64,000 bases of DNA, taken from Eledone cirrhosa. Its lineage: Eukaryota. The position numbers and the translations under genes were made by a program. The stretch is taken from NCBI GenBank assembly GCA_964016885.1, contig OZ024742.1, positions 14,384,001 through 14,448,000 on the forward strand. The letters run 5' to 3'. Each line of letters begins with the position of its first letter. Within the stretch, counting starts at the first letter, position 1. Under the pieces are notes generated by a model that saw only the letters and a program-made list of their open reading frames with translations, did no database searches and had not been told where the DNA came from. Positions 62,602 through 64,000 of this stretch are shown here, in pieces.

Positions 62602-62813
62602 TTAACCCTTTAGCATTTAAACCGGCCAAACACGGCCAAAATTCTCTCACTTTTTCTGTTCAAACCAGCCATAACTGGCTGCTCATGTCGATGTTAAGGT
62701 ATTCTTCTCAAAGTAAATACTATCAAAATTTCATAGATTCGATATTATGTGGGGTAAAGCCTTTACCGTGAAAATATAATAGTATATATAGTAATGTAAA
62801 TGTTAAGGGTTAA
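62602..62813. mobile_element. piggyBac-type MITE
   Basis: TTAA|CCCTTTAGCATTTA...AAGGG|TTAA. Confidence 0.85.
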
Positions 62814-63473
62814 GATAATTGTTTCTACTTTAGGCACAAGGCCAGCAATTACCCAGTGCATTACTGGTACTTTATTTTATCGACCCCGTAAGGATGAAAG
62901 GCAAAGTCAACCTCGGCGGGATTTGAACTCAAGATAATAAATTTAAAACATGCTACAGTTGGTATACAAAGTCAGTTGATATTCACAATTATTTAAAGAA
63001 TTATATAAAAAAAGACAGGGATGTATTTTAGTTAGAAATATAACTAAAAGGTTTGTCTGATTAAACCAGATCTGTTCTTTATCCACCAGATTACTAGACT
63101 TCCATAATAATGGTTTCTGATTTTGGCACACGACCAACAATTGGGGGAGGGAAAAGTCGATTAAAATTGAACCCCCGTATATTACTGGTATTTTATTTTA
63201 TCAACCCAGTAATGATAAAAAGCAAAGTTAACCTCAGCAGGATTTAAACTCTGAATATAAAAAGCTGTAACTATGCCTCAAAGCATGTTGTCCAACGTTC
63301 TACTGCCAATTGTTTGCTTGTGAATTGAGTCCCTCACATACAAAACTGAAACAACTGTTATATAAATACCACCCCACAAGAATCAAATACAAAGTCCATC
63401 TCAGTAAGATCTGAACATAAAAACATGAAGCAACAAAAGCTAAATGCTGTTAAGGTGATCAACTCTTCTGATC

Positions 63474-64000
63474 CCAAACCACCTGCATTTGAACCTCACT
63501 ATGTTTTAAAGTGTTCATATTTATCTAAAAACCACCTGCATTTGAACCTCACTTTATGATACAAAACTATTTTAAAGTGTTCATATTTATCTAAAAACCA
63601 CCTGCATTTGAACCTCACTTTATGATACAAAACTGTTTTAAAGTGTTCATATTTATCTAAAAACCACATGCATTTGAACCTCACTTTATGATACAAAACT
63701 GTTTTAAAGTGTTCATATTTATCTAAAAACCACATGCATTTGAACCTCACTCTATGATACAAAACTGTTTTAAAGTGTTCATATTTATCTAAAAACCACA
63801 TGCATTTGAACCTCACTTTATGATACAAAACTGTTTTAAAGTGTTCATATTTATCTAAAAACCACATGCATTTGAACCTCACTTTATGATACAAAACTGT
63901 TTTAAAGTGTTCATATTTATCTAAAAACCACATGCATTTGAACCTCACTCTATGATACAAAACTATGTTTTAAAGGTTCATATTTATCTAAACACCACAT
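63474..64000. repeat. 72-bp minisatellite running to the window edge
   Basis: AAAACCACATGCATTTGAACCTCACTTTATGATACAAAACTGTTTTAAAGTGTTCATATTTATCTA-type units, about 7 copies. Confidence 0.95.

Noticed and set aside
63499-63960. 153-aa protein with 24-aa repeats
   Set aside because: Translation of a 72-bp minisatellite; no splice or domain support

Overview
AT-rich, microsatellite-laden animal genomic DNA. It is most likely a coleoid cephalopod (octopus-like), inferred from the SINE/RTE families and a mollusc-type membrane-protein motif rather than proven. Most of the window is repeats: CR1/L2-group LINEs, two near-full-length RTE LINEs in inverted orientation (APE-RT-PHD finger), Penelope-like elements (RT + GIY-YIG) with hammerhead ribozyme motifs, a CRE-like RLE fragment, Tc1/mariner and piggyBac-type MITEs, tRNA-derived SINEs, and several satellites (25, 26, 36, 61 and 72 bp units). 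One spliced host gene, mostly missed by the ORF track, can be assembled on the + strand from exons 24211-24283, 25291-25553, 31815-31893 and 43549-44015 (about 293 aa). It encodes a signal peptide, a PLAT/LH2 domain, a Thr/Glu stalk, a CxCxC juxtamembrane motif and a TM helix. Its first two coding exons lie between the two inverted RTE copies. The most notable signals are the inverted-RTE clamp around the host exons, minimal hammerheads (one with a compensatory U3-A8 core), a perfect 61-bp-arm palindrome built from a hammerhead 3' half, and a covarying structured-RNA motif in LINE-like 5' leaders. The giant ORFs in the satellites are artefacts.
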